Positions 33,628 through 44,785 of a stretch of 64,000 nucleotides of DNA are shown here, piece by piece (position 1 is the stretch's first letter; every line of letters begins with the position of its first letter). This DNA comes from Deferribacterales bacterium (GTDB taxonomy: Bacteria; Chrysiogenota; Deferribacteres; Deferribacterales; Geovibrionaceae), in the NCBI GenBank assembly GCA_050251875.1, contig JBFWMA010000002.1:224001-288000 (forward strand), in the 5' to 3' direction. Made by a program: the position numbers and the translations under genes. The notes under the pieces were generated by a model. That model was not told where the DNA came from. It worked only from the letters and a program-made list of their open reading frames with translations, and searched no databases.

Positions 33628-34890
33628 GTGTATCAAAAAGTCAAAGGGTTCAGAGATATTTACGGTCTCGAGTCCCGTTATTGGAATAAAGTCGAAAAGG
33701 TATTCAAACAGACCTTTAAATCATTCAATTTCGAAGAGTTTTACATCCCCGTTCTGGAAAAGACCGAAGTCTTTAACAGAGGCATAGGCTCCACCACAGA
33801 CATAGTGGAAAAAGAGATGTTCGCTTTCGAGGACAGAGACGGCACACACGTTGCCCTGCGTCCGGAAGGAACAGCGTCCCTCGTCAGAGCCTTTGTGGAG
33901 AACAAACTCTATAACACCCCCGGCATATCAAAATATTATTATATAGGTCCGATGTTTCGCAGAGAGAGACCCCAGAAGGGCAGGTTCCGCCAGTTCACAC
34001 AGGCGGGCATAGAGGTTTTCGGCTCCGGCGGTCCGGCTGTGGACGCGGATATAATCTATCTGCTGTATACTCTGGCGGAGAATATCGGAATCAAGGATTA
34101 CGTCAGCATGGAGATCAACTCCATAGGCTGTCCCGCCTGCCGTCCGGCATACAACGAAAAACTGGTAAGCTATCTGAAATCTCATTCAGAAAATCTTTGT
34201 GAAGACTGCCTGCGCAGGCTGGACAAGAACCCCATGAGGATTCTGGACTGTAAAAACGATAAATGTAAAACCATTACAAAAGATGCCCCTGTTGCCATAG
34301 ACCACCTGTGCGGCGAGTGCCGTGAGCACTTTGACGGTGTTAAAGGATATCTGGACGCTCTGGGCGTGCCTTACAACATCAACCCGATGATGGTTAGAGG
34401 GCTGGATTATTACGTCCGCACCGCTTTTGAGATGGTGACGGATAAACTCGGCTCGCAGAGCGCTGTGGGCGCCGGCGGACGCTATGACGGTCTGGTTCAG
34501 CTTTTGGGCGGACCGAACGAACCGGGCATAGGCTTTGCCGTGGGGCTGGACAGGCTGGTGAGCCTCGCCATGCTGAAAGAGACAGAAAAAGAGAACGATC
34601 TGGACGTCTTTGTGATAAGTTTCAAAGACTCTTCAGATAAATTAGCGATAAAATTAATGAACGAACTGCGTACTCAGGGAATCAGCGCTGATATGGATTA
34701 TGATTTCCGCAAGATGAAGAAGCAGTTCAGCCTTGCCGACAGATACGGAGCTCTCTTCACCGTGGTGATAGGAGAGGATGAGGCGGCAAAAGGCACCGCC
34801 GCCGTGAAGGATATGCAGGCAGGCACACAGGAAGAGATTGAAATAACACAGGTTACCGCATATATAAGCGATAAACTCAGGAGGAACTAA
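33628..34890 (+). CDS. hisS: Histidine--tRNA ligase
   Basis: [36 protein letters not shown]. Confidence 0.97.
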   Translation: MYQKVKGFRDIYGLESRYWNKVEKVFKQTFKSFNFEEFYIPVLEKTEVFNRGIGSTTDIVEKEMFAFEDRDGTHVALRPEGTASLVRAFVENKLYNTPGISKYYYIGPMFRRERPQKGRFRQFTQAGIEVFGSGGPAVDADIIYLLYTLAENIGIKDYVSMEINSIGCPACRPAYNEKLVSYLKSHSENLCEDCLRRLDKNPMRILDCKNDKCKTITKDAPVAIDHLCGECREHFDGVKGYLDALGVPYNINPMMVRGLDYYVRTAFEMVTDKLGSQSAVGAGGRYDGLVQLLGGPNEPGIGFAVGLDRLVSLAMLKETEKENDLDVFVISFKDSSDKLAIKLMNELRTQGISADMDYDFRKMKKQFSLADRYGALFTVVIGEDEAAKGTAAVKDMQAGTQEEIEITQVTAYISDKLRRN

Positions 34891-34891
34891 C

Positions 34892-36682
34892 GTGCTTTCA
34901 AACATGGGAGAGTGGCGCAGAAGCCACCATTGCGCACAGCTTAAGGCAGCAAACATCGGAGACAAGGTCACACTTATGGGCTGGGTACAGCGCCGCAGAG
35001 ACCACGGCGGAGTTATCTTCGTTGACCTCCGTGACAGAGAGGGCATCACACAGGTTGTTATGAGCCCCGAATATAATCAGGAAGTGCACGACAAAGCTGA
35101 CGTTGTAAGAAACGAATACGTCATCGCCGTTAAAGGCACAGTGGGCGCCAGACCCGAAGGTACAGTCAACCCCAAACTCCCCACCGGCGAAGTGGAAATT
35201 ATGGTTGACGAGATCAGAATCCTTAACAATGCCAATACTCCTCCTTTCATGTTAGATGATTTTGACAATACAAACGAAGACGTAAGGCTGAAATACAGAT
35301 ATCTCGACCTGCGCAGAGCCAGACTGCAAAACAACCTGAAACTGCGTCACAACCTGACCAGAACAGTCCGTGAGTTCCTCTACAGCAGAGATTTCATGGA
35401 TATCGAGACACCTTTCCTTACAAAATCAACACCCGAGGGCGCCAGAGACTATCTCGTTCCCAGCCGTGTTAACCCCGGAAAGTGCTATGCTTTGCCCCAG
35501 TCACCCCAGATGTTCAAACAGCTTTTGATGGTGGGCGGCTATGAGAGATACTTTCAGGTGGTAAAATGCTTCCGTGACGAAGACCTGAGAGCCGACCGTC
35601 AGCCTGAGTTCACACAGCTCGATATGGAGATGTCATTCATCGACAGAGAAGACCTTATGGATCTTATCGAAGATATGTACATCCTCATATTCGACAAACT
35701 GAAAGGCATCAAGCTGACAAAAGGTTTCCCCAGAATGTCTTATGACAACGCTATGGAAAAATACGGTCACGATGCTCCTGATACCCGTTTTGAGATGTTT
35801 CTGACTACCATCAACGACATGGTGAAAGACAGCGGATTCAAAGTTTTTAACGACACGGTTAAAAACGGCGGCGTTGTAAAAGCTATCGTTGCTCAGGGCG
35901 CCGGCGAGAAATTCTCCAGAAAAGATATAGACGACATGACAGACTTCGTTGCCACACTCGGTGCGGCCGGTCTGGCATACATAAAAGTGAACGCTGACGG
36001 ACTTCAGTCTCCGATTGTTAAGTTCCTCGGTGATTCTGCCGATACTATCGTAAAGGAACTGGGCGCAAAACCCGGCGACATTATTTTCTTCGGAGCGGGC
36101 AAAAAAGAGACTGTTAACCTTTACATGTCAAAACTCAGAATCAGACTGGCAAACATGCTCGGTCTTATCAAAGAGGATATGTACTCTTTCACATGGGTTC
36201 TGGATTTCCCCCTGCTTGAGTATGATGCCGAAGATAAAAGATATGTCGCTGTGCACCACCCCTTCACAGCTCCGCTGGATGAGGACGTTGAACTGTTCGA
36301 CACTGACCCCGGCAAAATGAGAGCGAAGGCTTATGACCTTGTTCTTAACGGATCAGAGATCGGCGGCGGTTCCATCAGGATTCACAGAAGCGATATTCAG
36401 GAGAAAATGTTCAATGCTCTCGGTTTCTCAGAAGAGGAGAGAGAGTATAAGTTCGGTTTCTTCATCGAGGCTCTGCGTTACGGAACACCTCCCCACGGCG
36501 GTATAGCGTTCGGTATCGACAGGCTGGCTTCCATCCTGACCGGATCAGATTCCATCAGAGACGTGATCGCTTTCCCCAAAACTCAGAAAGCGACAGATAT
36601 GATGAGTGACGCTCCCAGCAAGGTGGACGGCAAACAGTTAAAAGAGCTGTTTATGAAGTTTGAAGTCGAGGAAGATGAATAA
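34892..36682 (+). CDS. aspS: Aspartate--tRNA ligase (probably non-discriminating)
   Basis: [44 protein letters not shown]. Confidence 0.97.
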   Translation: MLSNMGEWRRSHHCAQLKAANIGDKVTLMGWVQRRRDHGGVIFVDLRDREGITQVVMSPEYNQEVHDKADVVRNEYVIAVKGTVGARPEGTVNPKLPTGEVEIMVDEIRILNNANTPPFMLDDFDNTNEDVRLKYRYLDLRRARLQNNLKLRHNLTRTVREFLYSRDFMDIETPFLTKSTPEGARDYLVPSRVNPGKCYALPQSPQMFKQLLMVGGYERYFQVVKCFRDEDLRADRQPEFTQLDMEMSFIDREDLMDLIEDMYILIFDKLKGIKLTKGFPRMSYDNAMEKYGHDAPDTRFEMFLTTINDMVKDSGFKVFNDTVKNGGVVKAIVAQGAGEKFSRKDIDDMTDFVATLGAAGLAYIKVNADGLQSPIVKFLGDSADTIVKELGAKPGDIIFFGAGKKETVNLYMSKLRIRLANMLGLIKEDMYSFTWVLDFPLLEYDAEDKRYVAVHHPFTAPLDEDVELFDTDPGKMRAKAYDLVLNGSEIGGGSIRIHRSDIQEKMFNALGFSEEEREYKFGFFIEALRYGTPPHGGIAFGIDRLASILTGSDSIRDVIAFPKTQKATDMMSDAPSKVDGKQLKELFMKFEVEEDE

Positions 36683-36711
36683 TCTTAAGGTATATTTAAC
36701 ATTTATCAGAT

Positions 36712-36740
36712 TTGACATAATATTACATGTGTGATATATT
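36712..36740 (+). promoter_or_regulatory. Sigma70 promoter of the LysM lipoprotein gene
   Basis: TTGACA-N17-TATATT with TGn extension. Confidence 0.7.
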
Positions 36741-36778
36741 AAGTAATAATGAAAAGAAAGACGGAAGGGAGGACCCGA

Positions 36779-37612
36779 ATGAGCAGAATTAGTAAATTCT
36801 TAGCATTAACAATGATAGCAGCTGCCCTACTGACAGTCGGCTGTTCCAAACCCCCCGTTCAGGAAATGGACAACGCGAAAGCTGCCATGAAAGCAGCTCA
36901 GGAAAGCGGGGCTGAAAAGTGTGCCAGCGAAGAATATCAGAAGGCGAAAGCCGCTGTTGCCAGCGCTGAGGCAAAAATGGCTGAGGCTGAAAAAGGCGGT
37001 TCTAAGTCTGAACTCTACAAACAGGCTAAAGAAGAGCTCCTTCAGGCTATAGCTGATTTTGAAAAAGCAAAAGAAATAGCCGCTGAGCGTTCAAAGATCA
37101 ACGACAAAGCTCAGGCTGAGCTTGACGCCGCTAAAAAGAACCTCGATGCCGCCGCAGCTTCTGACGGTGAGTACTCTGCTTCTTACAAAGCCGCAAAGGC
37201 TAAACTGGACGAAGCTCAGGCTCTTATCGACAAATGCGAAGGCGAAAAAGCCATGGAAGTTCTGAAGCAGGTAGAGATAGATAAAGACGCTATCCAGAAA
37301 GAAATTATGGAAGGCAAAGCCGAGGCTCTGAAAGCTGAGTCCACACAAGCGGCTGTCGGCGCTACTCTGGAAGATATCATCAGATACACAGTAGTAAAAG
37401 GCGACAACCTGTGGAACATCTCTAAAGCTAAATATCAGAACCCCTTTATGTGGCCGCTCATCTACTGGGCAAACAAAAGCATGATCAAAGATCCCGACCT
37501 TATTTTCCCCGGTCAGGTATTTAAGATCCGCGCTCAGGCCGGTGATGACGCTGGTAAAGCCATCGACTACGCTAAACACAGAGGTCCCTGGTCTCTGTTC
37601 GACGGCAAATAA
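36779..37612 (+). CDS. Lipoprotein with Ala/Lys-rich coiled coil and C-terminal LysM domain
   Basis: Lipobox LTVGC, helical repeats, YTVVKGDNLWNIS...WP.IY.AN...I.DPDLIFPGQ; GGAGG RBS. Confidence 0.9.
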   Translation: MSRISKFLALTMIAAALLTVGCSKPPVQEMDNAKAAMKAAQESGAEKCASEEYQKAKAAVASAEAKMAEAEKGGSKSELYKQAKEELLQAIADFEKAKEIAAERSKINDKAQAELDAAKKNLDAAAASDGEYSASYKAAKAKLDEAQALIDKCEGEKAMEVLKQVEIDKDAIQKEIMEGKAEALKAESTQAAVGATLEDIIRYTVVKGDNLWNISKAKYQNPFMWPLIYWANKSMIKDPDLIFPGQVFKIRAQAGDDAGKAIDYAKHRGPWSLFDGK

Positions 37613-37632
37613 GAAATTTCCAAACCAATCAG

Positions 37633-37660
37633 AAGGCGGTCATTTGACCGCCTTTTTTTT
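37633..37660 (+). terminator. Intrinsic terminator
   Basis: AAGGCGGTCATTTGACCGCC followed by T8. Confidence 0.88.
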
Positions 37661-37661
37661 G

Positions 37662-37943
37662 CAGAAATTCCACATCCATGATGGAATTTCTGATGCCGTT
37701 CCATTCAGGCAAAGCCTTCATTTCACTCACGTTTCGTTCTCAAAAACAGCAAAGCAGTTTTTGATCTCTCCACGAACCACATCCTGTGGTTTGGTTTTTT
37801 TTCAGAAATTCCACATCCATGATGGAATTTCTGATACCGTTCCATTCAGACAAAGCCTTCATTTTACTCACGTTTCGTTCTCAAAAACAGCAAAGCAGTT
37901 TTTGTTCACTCCACGAACCACATCCTGTGGTTGGTTTTTTTTT
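37662..37943 (-). repeat. Tandem duplication (141-bp period) of a ~130-nt four-hairpin element
   Basis: Cores 37662-37791 and 37803-37932 differ at 5 positions and are separated by a T-rich linker. Confidence 0.92.
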
Positions 37944-37946
37944 TGC

Positions 37947-37971
37947 GGCTGGGTGTAAAACCCAGCCCTAC
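37947..37971 (-). repeat. GTAG-type REP element
   Basis: Minus strand reads GTAG-GGCTGGGT-TTTAC-ACCCAGCC: GTAG foot plus a perfect 8-bp hairpin. Confidence 0.7.
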
Positions 37972-37998
37972 GCTTGATTGATTTCTTCGAGTTTTATT

Positions 37999-38027
37999 TT
38001 GACCTATAGAACATAGCGGTGTATTAT
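37999..38027 (+). promoter_or_regulatory. Putative sigma70 promoter of the M16 peptidase-dut genes
   Basis: TTGACC-N17-TATTAT. Confidence 0.6.
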
Positions 38028-38057
38028 CAGATTTCTTTATTAACAAAAGGAAGCTGA

Positions 38058-39275
38058 ATGAGAGAATTATACAAGATTGGCAATATTCCGGTAATTTACG
38101 AAAAAGTTACCAGCCTTCCGGGGCTTTTCACCATTTCCGTTTTTTTTGATACAGGTTCTTCTAACGAAACAGCGCAGAACAACGGCGTTTCCCACTTCAT
38201 AGAGCACATGGCTTTCCGTGGAACCAAAGATTTTACATCAGAGGAGATCAGCAGGCTGTCAGAGATGTACGGCGGATATATGAACGCCTACACGTCTAAA
38301 GAGACCACTGCGTATTATATCAAAGGCTTTTCAGGCAATCTGGAGCTGTTCATTCAGCTGATGGCTAATATCTGCTTTCACCCCAGGTTTGACAAAGACG
38401 ATTTTCTGAATGAAAAACAGATTATCATAGATGAGATTAACTCCGTTATGGACAACCCGGAGGAATTTCTGGGAGAGGCGGCGGAGCTGGAGCTTTTCCG
38501 GGGCTGTTCTCTGGAATATCCGGTGTCGGGTACAGCGGAGACTGTCGAGGCGCTGGAGCTGGAAGACATTACAAAGTTCTATAACACTAACTATATAGCC
38601 GAAAACTGCATTATCTCTGTATGCGGAGATGTGGAGAAGGCGGATGTGGTTAAATACATCACAAAATATTTTCCCGACACGAAAGAGAGCATAGCCGGAG
38701 TAAAACCCCACTATCAGCCTGTTTATAACACTCTTTCCAAAGATTTTCAGTTCAAGTCAGGTCAGAGCTACGTACAGCTTCTGTACCCGGCTTTTCAGTA
38801 CAGCGACCCGAAAAGATACGCTCTGTCCGGCTGCACCATGCTTCTGGGCGGACTCATGAGCTCCCGTCTTTTTCAGGAGATCAGGGAGAAACGGGGGCTG
38901 TGCTACAACATAGAGGCGGAATCCGTGCTGTATAAGAGCGCCGGATATGTTAATATCCTCTATTCCTGCTCAGACGCCAACAAAGACAAGGTGCAGGAAC
39001 TGGTTATCAAAGAGATCAATAAAATGATAAAGCACGGCATCACTGATGACGAACTGACGATGATAAAAAATCAGCTTAAATTTTCATACGCCTCAAACTT
39101 CGAGACTCTGGAGAGCAGGGTGCAGATGAATTTCAGACATATATACCATTACGGCAGGCTGCTGGAGAGCGATGACATCCTCCACAGGATAGACGATCTG
39201 GATAAAAAGCAGGTGCATGACACAGCCGAAACGATTCTGAATAAGGAGTTTTCTGTATGCAGACTTGTACAGTGA
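38058..39275 (+). CDS. M16 family zinc peptidase
   Basis: HFIEHMAFRGT, NAYTSKE, SSRLFQEIREKRGL.Y. Confidence 0.93.
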   Translation: MRELYKIGNIPVIYEKVTSLPGLFTISVFFDTGSSNETAQNNGVSHFIEHMAFRGTKDFTSEEISRLSEMYGGYMNAYTSKETTAYYIKGFSGNLELFIQLMANICFHPRFDKDDFLNEKQIIIDEINSVMDNPEEFLGEAAELELFRGCSLEYPVSGTAETVEALELEDITKFYNTNYIAENCIISVCGDVEKADVVKYITKYFPDTKESIAGVKPHYQPVYNTLSKDFQFKSGQSYVQLLYPAFQYSDPKRYALSGCTMLLGGLMSSRLFQEIREKRGLCYNIEAESVLYKSAGYVNILYSCSDANKDKVQELVIKEINKMIKHGITDDELTMIKNQLKFSYASNFETLESRVQMNFRHIYHYGRLLESDDILHRIDDLDKKQVHDTAETILNKEFSVCRLVQ

Positions 39276-39691
39276 AGATAAAGACCGATGACGACAGGCT
39301 GATGCCTGAATATAAAACAGAGCATGCGGCGGGCGTTGACATCATGGCTTCCCATGACGGCGTTATTGAGCCTTTTAAAAGGGCGCTGGTGAAGACAGGT
39401 CTCTATATGGAGCTTGCTGTGGGATATGAGGCGCAGATTCGCCCCAGAAGCGGGCTGGCGCTGAAAAACGGTGTGACAGTACTGAACTCTCCCGGCACCA
39501 TAGACGCCGATTACAGAGGCGAGCTGGGCATAATACTTGTTAATCTGTCCGATGAGCCCTTCGAGTATAAAAAATATGACAGAATAGCGCAGATGGTGAT
39601 TGCTTCCGTGTCAAAGGCGGAGCTCGTCAGAGCGGATGAGCTGTCCGACACGGACAGAGGCTCCGGCGCTTTCGGTCACACAGGAAAATGA
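39257..39691 (+). CDS. dut: dUTP diphosphatase
   Basis: AG.D, RPRSGLA, GTIDADYRGE, DRIAQ, RG.G.FG.TG. Confidence 0.96.
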   Translation: MQTCTVKIKTDDDRLMPEYKTEHAAGVDIMASHDGVIEPFKRALVKTGLYMELAVGYEAQIRPRSGLALKNGVTVLNSPGTIDADYRGELGIILVNLSDEPFEYKKYDRIAQMVIASVSKAELVRADELSDTDRGSGAFGHTGK

Positions 39692-39760
39692 CACATATAT
39701 GTATTATAAATTTTATTATTTATATGTTATGATAAGTTACTAAATTTACAGGTGGCGCAG

Positions 39761-42313
39761 ATGAAAGTTTATGAATTTAACGTCAAGACCAAACTTCCCG
39801 ATAAGCTCAGACCGCTGGAACAGATAGCGCATAACCTCTGGTACAGCTGGAACTGGGAGGCGAGGGAACTCTTCCGCATGATAAATATGGAAGTCTGGGA
39901 AGAGTGTGAACACAACCCTGTCTATGTACTTTCTAAACTTACCGAAAAAGATTTTAAACGGCTCATCGGCGACCCTGTTTTCATGAATTTCATGGACAAC
40001 TGTCACGAGCGCCTGAACGAATATAAAATGCTTCCCAAATGGTTCGAGCTGGCACACGGAGGAAAGCGTGACGAAGGCATGGAAGTTGCCTATTTCAGCG
40101 CGGAATACGGCATCCATGAGTCTGTAAAGCTCTATTCCGGCGGTCTCGGCGTTCTGTCAGGCGACCACTGTAAATCCGCCAGCGACCTGGGCATCCCTTT
40201 TTCCGCCGTTGGTCTTCTTTACCGCAATGGTTACTTTCACCAGTATCTTAACTCAGACGGCTGGCAGCAGCAGTCCATCCCCTATAACGAATTTCACAGA
40301 ATGCCCGTCAGCCCCGTAAAGGATGAGGACGGAAATTCTATATATGTATCAGTAAAAATAAATACCAGAGACGTCACTGTGAAGGTGTGGAAGCTGGAGA
40401 TAGGCGTTATCAACATCTATCTGCTGGATACCGACCTGCCTTCCAACCACCCGCAGGACAGAGAGATCACCGGACAGCTCTATGGCGGAGATTCCGACAT
40501 GAGGTTGAAACAGGAGATAATTCTTGGTATAGCCGGCGTGAGAGCGTTAAAAGCTATGGGCAAGAAACCCACAGTGTTTCACCTGAATGAGGGACACCCT
40601 TCATTCGCCGCTCTGGAGCGCATCAGACAGTATGTTCAGGAAGGTATTTCTCTCAGAAACGCCGCTGAGATAGTGAAAAAGAGTACGCTTTTCACCACAC
40701 ACACACCTGTTCCCGCCGGATTTGACGTATTCAGCTCCGAACAGATCAGAAAATATCTGGGACCCATATTTGACGGTTCCGGTCTCAATATAAACCAGGT
40801 CGTGGGTTTTGGTCGTGAAAACCCCTTTAACGAGGCGGAAGGCTTCGCCATGGCTATGTGCGGAATAAGGCTCAGTACCTATAGAAACGGCGTTAGCGCC
40901 CTGCACGGCGCCGTGTCCAGAGAGATGTTCAAAAATCTCTGGAACAACGCTCTGCTGGATTTCGTACCCATCGGACATGTAACAAACGGCGTTCACCTGC
41001 CCACGTTCATCGCTGAAAACTTTAAAACCATCTACACCAGATATCTGTCAGAGGCGTGGTCCTACAAACCCTATGACTTCGATGTATGGCATGATATAGA
41101 GAAAATACCTGACAACGCCTTCTTTGAGGCGAAATATAAACAGAGAGAGAGGCTTGTGATTTTCGCCCGTGACAGGCTGAAAAAGCAGGTTACAAAAAGA
41201 GGCGGCACAGCCAGCGAGATAGCCAAAGCCGATGATGTTCTGAAGGCGGACTGCCTGACTATCGGTTTTGCCAGACGTTTCGCCACATATAAGAGGGGCT
41301 ATCTGCTCTTCATGGATGAGGAGAGGCTGGCAAAAATTCTGAACAATCCGAAACAGCCTGTTCAGATTATCATAGCCGGTAAGGCTCACCCGAAAGATGA
41401 CGGCGGTAAGGAGATTATCAAAAAGATATTCCACATCGCCCGCAAACCTGAGTTCAGAGACAAAATAGTCTTCATCGAGGACTATGACATAGAAGTAGCC
41501 AGACATCTCGCTCACGGTGTTGACATCTGGCTGAACACTCCCAAACGCCCAATGGAGGCTTCCGGTACCAGCGGTATGAAGATAGCCGCCAACGGCGGTC
41601 TTAACCTGTCCATCCTTGACGGTTGGTGGGATGAGGGATACAACGGAGAGACAGGCTTTGCCATCGGTTCCGGAGAGGAATACGACAATCCCGAATATCA
41701 GGACTTTGTGGAGAGTATGGAACTGTATGACAAGTTGGAAAACGAAATAATCCCGCTGTTCTATAACCGTGACAGAGTGGGCATCCCCAGAGAATGGATG
41801 CACATGATGAAACAGGCGGTCAAAGTATGCGCCGCTTTCTTCAACACATCCAGAATGGTTATGGAATACACAGACAAATACTATGTTCCTCTGCATGAGC
41901 TCCATCAGGACATCGCTGAGAAAAATTACGCCGGAATCTCCGAATATATGGAGTGGAAGGACAACATCATATCCGGCTGGGATTCCGTGAATTTCACATA
42001 CAGCAATGTGAACGCTGAAGAGATGGCAATGGGAAGCAAAGTCACTCTGGAGGCGTCTGTCGTATGTGACAAGATCAAGAGAGAATACATCGATGTTTAT
42101 GCCGTAATAGACTATGACGGCAAGAGCGGCGAGCTGAACAAGCCCACTTTTATTAAGCTGGATTATGTTCACAAAGACAACGGCGCAGAATACTTTAATA
42201 AAGAATACACCGTGGACAGGGCGGGCAAGATGAAAGTGGCTTTTGCCGCTGTGCCCGGACATAAATACCTCAAAAATATATTTGAGCTGAATATGGTGGC
42301 ATGGGCTAAGTGA
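39761..42313 (+). CDS. glgP: Alpha-glucan (glycogen/maltodextrin) phosphorylase
   Basis: YSGGLGVL.GD, HLNEGH, TNGVH, ARRFATYKR, EASGTSGMK; alternative GTG start at 39752. Confidence 0.95.
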   Translation: MKVYEFNVKTKLPDKLRPLEQIAHNLWYSWNWEARELFRMINMEVWEECEHNPVYVLSKLTEKDFKRLIGDPVFMNFMDNCHERLNEYKMLPKWFELAHGGKRDEGMEVAYFSAEYGIHESVKLYSGGLGVLSGDHCKSASDLGIPFSAVGLLYRNGYFHQYLNSDGWQQQSIPYNEFHRMPVSPVKDEDGNSIYVSVKINTRDVTVKVWKLEIGVINIYLLDTDLPSNHPQDREITGQLYGGDSDMRLKQEIILGIAGVRALKAMGKKPTVFHLNEGHPSFAALERIRQYVQEGISLRNAAEIVKKSTLFTTHTPVPAGFDVFSSEQIRKYLGPIFDGSGLNINQVVGFGRENPFNEAEGFAMAMCGIRLSTYRNGVSALHGAVSREMFKNLWNNALLDFVPIGHVTNGVHLPTFIAENFKTIYTRYLSEAWSYKPYDFDVWHDIEKIPDNAFFEAKYKQRERLVIFARDRLKKQVTKRGGTASEIAKADDVLKADCLTIGFARRFATYKRGYLLFMDEERLAKILNNPKQPVQIIIAGKAHPKDDGGKEIIKKIFHIARKPEFRDKIVFIEDYDIEVARHLAHGVDIWLNTPKRPMEASGTSGMKIAANGGLNLSILDGWWDEGYNGETGFAIGSGEEYDNPEYQDFVESMELYDKLENEIIPLFYNRDRVGIPREWMHMMKQAVKVCAAFFNTSRMVMEYTDKYYVPLHELHQDIAEKNYAGISEYMEWKDNIISGWDSVNFTYSNVNAEEMAMGSKVTLEASVVCDKIKREYIDVYAVIDYDGKSGELNKPTFIKLDYVHKDNGAEYFNKEYTVDRAGKMKVAFAAVPGHKYLKNIFELNMVAWAK

Positions 42314-42807
42314 GAGAATACATTCCCCATTCCACAGGATGTTTTATCTGCGGACAGAACAACCCTGTGGGATTGAAACACAGATTTTATACAGAGGGCG
42401 GGGCGGTATACAGCGATGTTTACATCCCCGCTGACTACTGCGGGTTCAAAGATGTTGTCCACGGAGGCATCTGCACGGCTCTTCTGGACGAGACGATGGG
42501 CTGGACTCCCTTCATCTTCGAGGACACTCTGGACAGGCTCTGTTTCACCAGAAGCCTTGAGGTTAAGTTTAAGAGAAACGCTCCCACCATGACAAATCTC
42601 ATAGTGGAGGCTGTTTACCACGGCATGCGCAAGGGAATCTGCGAGGTGACAGGCGAGCTGAAAGACATGAACGGAACTGTCTACGCTTCCGCCTCCGGAA
42701 GATTCATCCCGATCCCACCTGAAAAGATGACTGAGACGCTTCAATATCTTATGATAGACGAGAAGCTGAAATATCACTCCAAATTCGATCAGTTTATTGG
42801 TAAATAA
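42310..42807 (+). CDS. PaaI family thioesterase
   Basis: CF.CG..NP.GL, VHGGI..ALLDE. Confidence 0.88.
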   Translation: MREYIPHSTGCFICGQNNPVGLKHRFYTEGGAVYSDVYIPADYCGFKDVVHGGICTALLDETMGWTPFIFEDTLDRLCFTRSLEVKFKRNAPTMTNLIVEAVYHGMRKGICEVTGELKDMNGTVYASASGRFIPIPPEKMTETLQYLMIDEKLKYHSKFDQFIGK

Positions 42808-43955
42808 TGCTTAATCACCGCAATAAAGATATGTATATTTTTCTTCTGCTCCTGAATATCGCCGTTTATCTCGGCTTTCAGAGCTGGTCTGTGGTCTTTA
42901 ATAACTTTGCTTACGAATACGCAAATTTTGACGGGTTCCGCATGGGACTCACTCAGTCTATCAGAGAGATACCCGGTTTTCTGTCTCTGCTGGTGATACT
43001 GGCTATCGTTGTTCTGCCGGAGCATAAGCTGGCTGTTGTCAGCATGATTGTTCTGGGGATAGGGATAGGCATTACCGGATATCTGCCCAGCACCACAGGG
43101 GTTATCATATCCACACTGGTGATGTCGTTCGGTTTTCACTTTTATGAGACGGTTAACCAGTCTCTGACGTTGCAGTATTTCAATAAGCAGGAATCCCCTA
43201 TAGTCTTCAGCAAACTGCGGAGCACCGCCGCCGGAGCGAATATAGCCGCCGGAGGGCTGGTGATGCTTCTGCTGGGGTTCATGAGCTATAAGAATATATT
43301 TCTGACCGTGGGTGTTCTGGTGGTTGGCGTGGGCATCTATTGCCTGAGGCTGAACCCTGTGGATAAGTCTCTGCCGCCGCAGAAGAAAAAGCTCTATCTG
43401 AAAAAACGTTACTGGCTGTATTACGCTCTGACATTTTTCGCCGGGGCAAGACGTCAGGTTTTCACCGCTTTTTCCGTGTTTCTGATGGTAGAGAAATTTC
43501 ATTTCTCCGCCAAAGAGATAGCTATATTATTCATAATCAATAACGTGGTTAATTTCCTCTTTAATCCATACATCGGCAAATTCATAGTGAAATACGGCGA
43601 GCGCAGGATGCTCTCTTTTGAGTATTTCATCCTGATATTTATATTCATAGGATATGCCGCCATAGACAATAAATATCTGGTGGCAGTGCTTTATATCGTT
43701 GACCACATCGTTTTCAACTTTGCCGTGGCAATCAGAACGTTTTATCAGAAGATTTCCGACCCTGCCGATTTTGCAAACGGTTCGGCTGTCGGCTTTACTA
43801 TCAACCATATAGCCGCTGTTTTCATCCCCTTCGCCGGAGGTCTGCTCTGGATGATGGACAGACAGATTCCGTTCATCTGCGGAGCTGTTCTTGCCTTCTG
43901 TTCGCTGGTTCTGTCGCAGTTTATAACGTCTGAACTCAAAAAAAGTGAATTCTAA
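42807..43955 (+). CDS. MFS transporter
   Basis: About 12 hydrophobic segments; SIREIPG, GARRQVF, FTINHIAAV. Confidence 0.85.
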   Translation: MLNHRNKDMYIFLLLLNIAVYLGFQSWSVVFNNFAYEYANFDGFRMGLTQSIREIPGFLSLLVILAIVVLPEHKLAVVSMIVLGIGIGITGYLPSTTGVIISTLVMSFGFHFYETVNQSLTLQYFNKQESPIVFSKLRSTAAGANIAAGGLVMLLLGFMSYKNIFLTVGVLVVGVGIYCLRLNPVDKSLPPQKKKLYLKKRYWLYYALTFFAGARRQVFTAFSVFLMVEKFHFSAKEIAILFIINNVVNFLFNPYIGKFIVKYGERRMLSFEYFILIFIFIGYAAIDNKYLVAVLYIVDHIVFNFAVAIRTFYQKISDPADFANGSAVGFTINHIAAVFIPFAGGLLWMMDRQIPFICGAVLAFCSLVLSQFITSELKKSEF

Positions 43956-44032
43956 TCATAATATTGCCTGTTACTTCTTGAAGTAAGTATTAACCCGTTG
44001 TATTATAAGCTAAAATCGGGGTGATTGTGCTT

Positions 44033-44785
44033 ATGCTCAAAAAATACGGCAAAATCTTAGTAAACGCTTATGAAAATACGCCTGATAATGTTGAATGTTT
44101 CGTCACCACAAAACATTCCGGATACAGCACGGGCTTCTTTTCATCATTCAATCTGGGGATGAACACTCAGGAAGACACCAGAATAGCCGTTAAAAATATC
44201 GAGCTTCTGAAAGTATCCTGCTCTCTGCCCGTGGTTGTGAACCTGAATCAGGTGCACGGCAACAGGGTTTTTGAGGTGGACGCTTCCAATTATCACGATG
44301 TGATGTTCTCTGAGGGGGACGGGCTGTTCACTCTGGAGAAAGACATGGCGCTGGGCATAATGACCGCCGACTGCTACAACGTCTTTCTGGCGGGCAGAAA
44401 GGGCGTCTGCGCTCTGCACTGCGGGCACAAATCGGTTTCATCGGACATTATGTCCGAAGGGATAAAACTGTTTAAAAAATATGACGATTTCCCTGTTTTC
44501 GCCGGCATCGGACCGGGGATCTCAGGTGAAAACTATCAGATAGGCGCTGAACTGGCGGATGTTTTCAGACCCATATGTCCGCAGGCAGTGACGGAGAATG
44601 AGAACGGGATTTATCTGTGTCTCAGAACCGTCATAGAGCAGAATCTCAGAAACGCCGGAATAGAGAATATAGAACACATCAGAAACTGTACTCTGGCGGA
44701 TGACGATCTCTATTCACACAGAAGGGACAGAGGCGTGACAGGGCGCATGATGGGCGTCATAGTGAGGAGAAGCGATGTTTTCTGA
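44033..44785 (+). CDS. pgeF: YfiH/PgeF (polyphenol oxidase/laccase-domain) family protein
   Basis: QVHG, DGL.T, TADC, H.G, GPGI, YSHRR...GRM. Confidence 0.85.
   Translation: MLKKYGKILVNAYENTPDNVECFVTTKHSGYSTGFFSSFNLGMNTQEDTRIAVKNIELLKVSCSLPVVVNLNQVHGNRVFEVDASNYHDVMFSEGDGLFTLEKDMALGIMTADCYNVFLAGRKGVCALHCGHKSVSSDIMSEGIKLFKKYDDFPVFAGIGPGISGENYQIGAELADVFRPICPQAVTENENGIYLCLRTVIEQNLRNAGIENIEHIRNCTLADDDLYSHRRDRGVTGRMMGVIVRRSDVF

Noticed and set aside
37542..37977. ORFs 37542-37958 and 37786-37977
   Set aside because: They run through a terminator and/or the 141-bp (47-codon) repeat with poly-T tracts; not credible proteins
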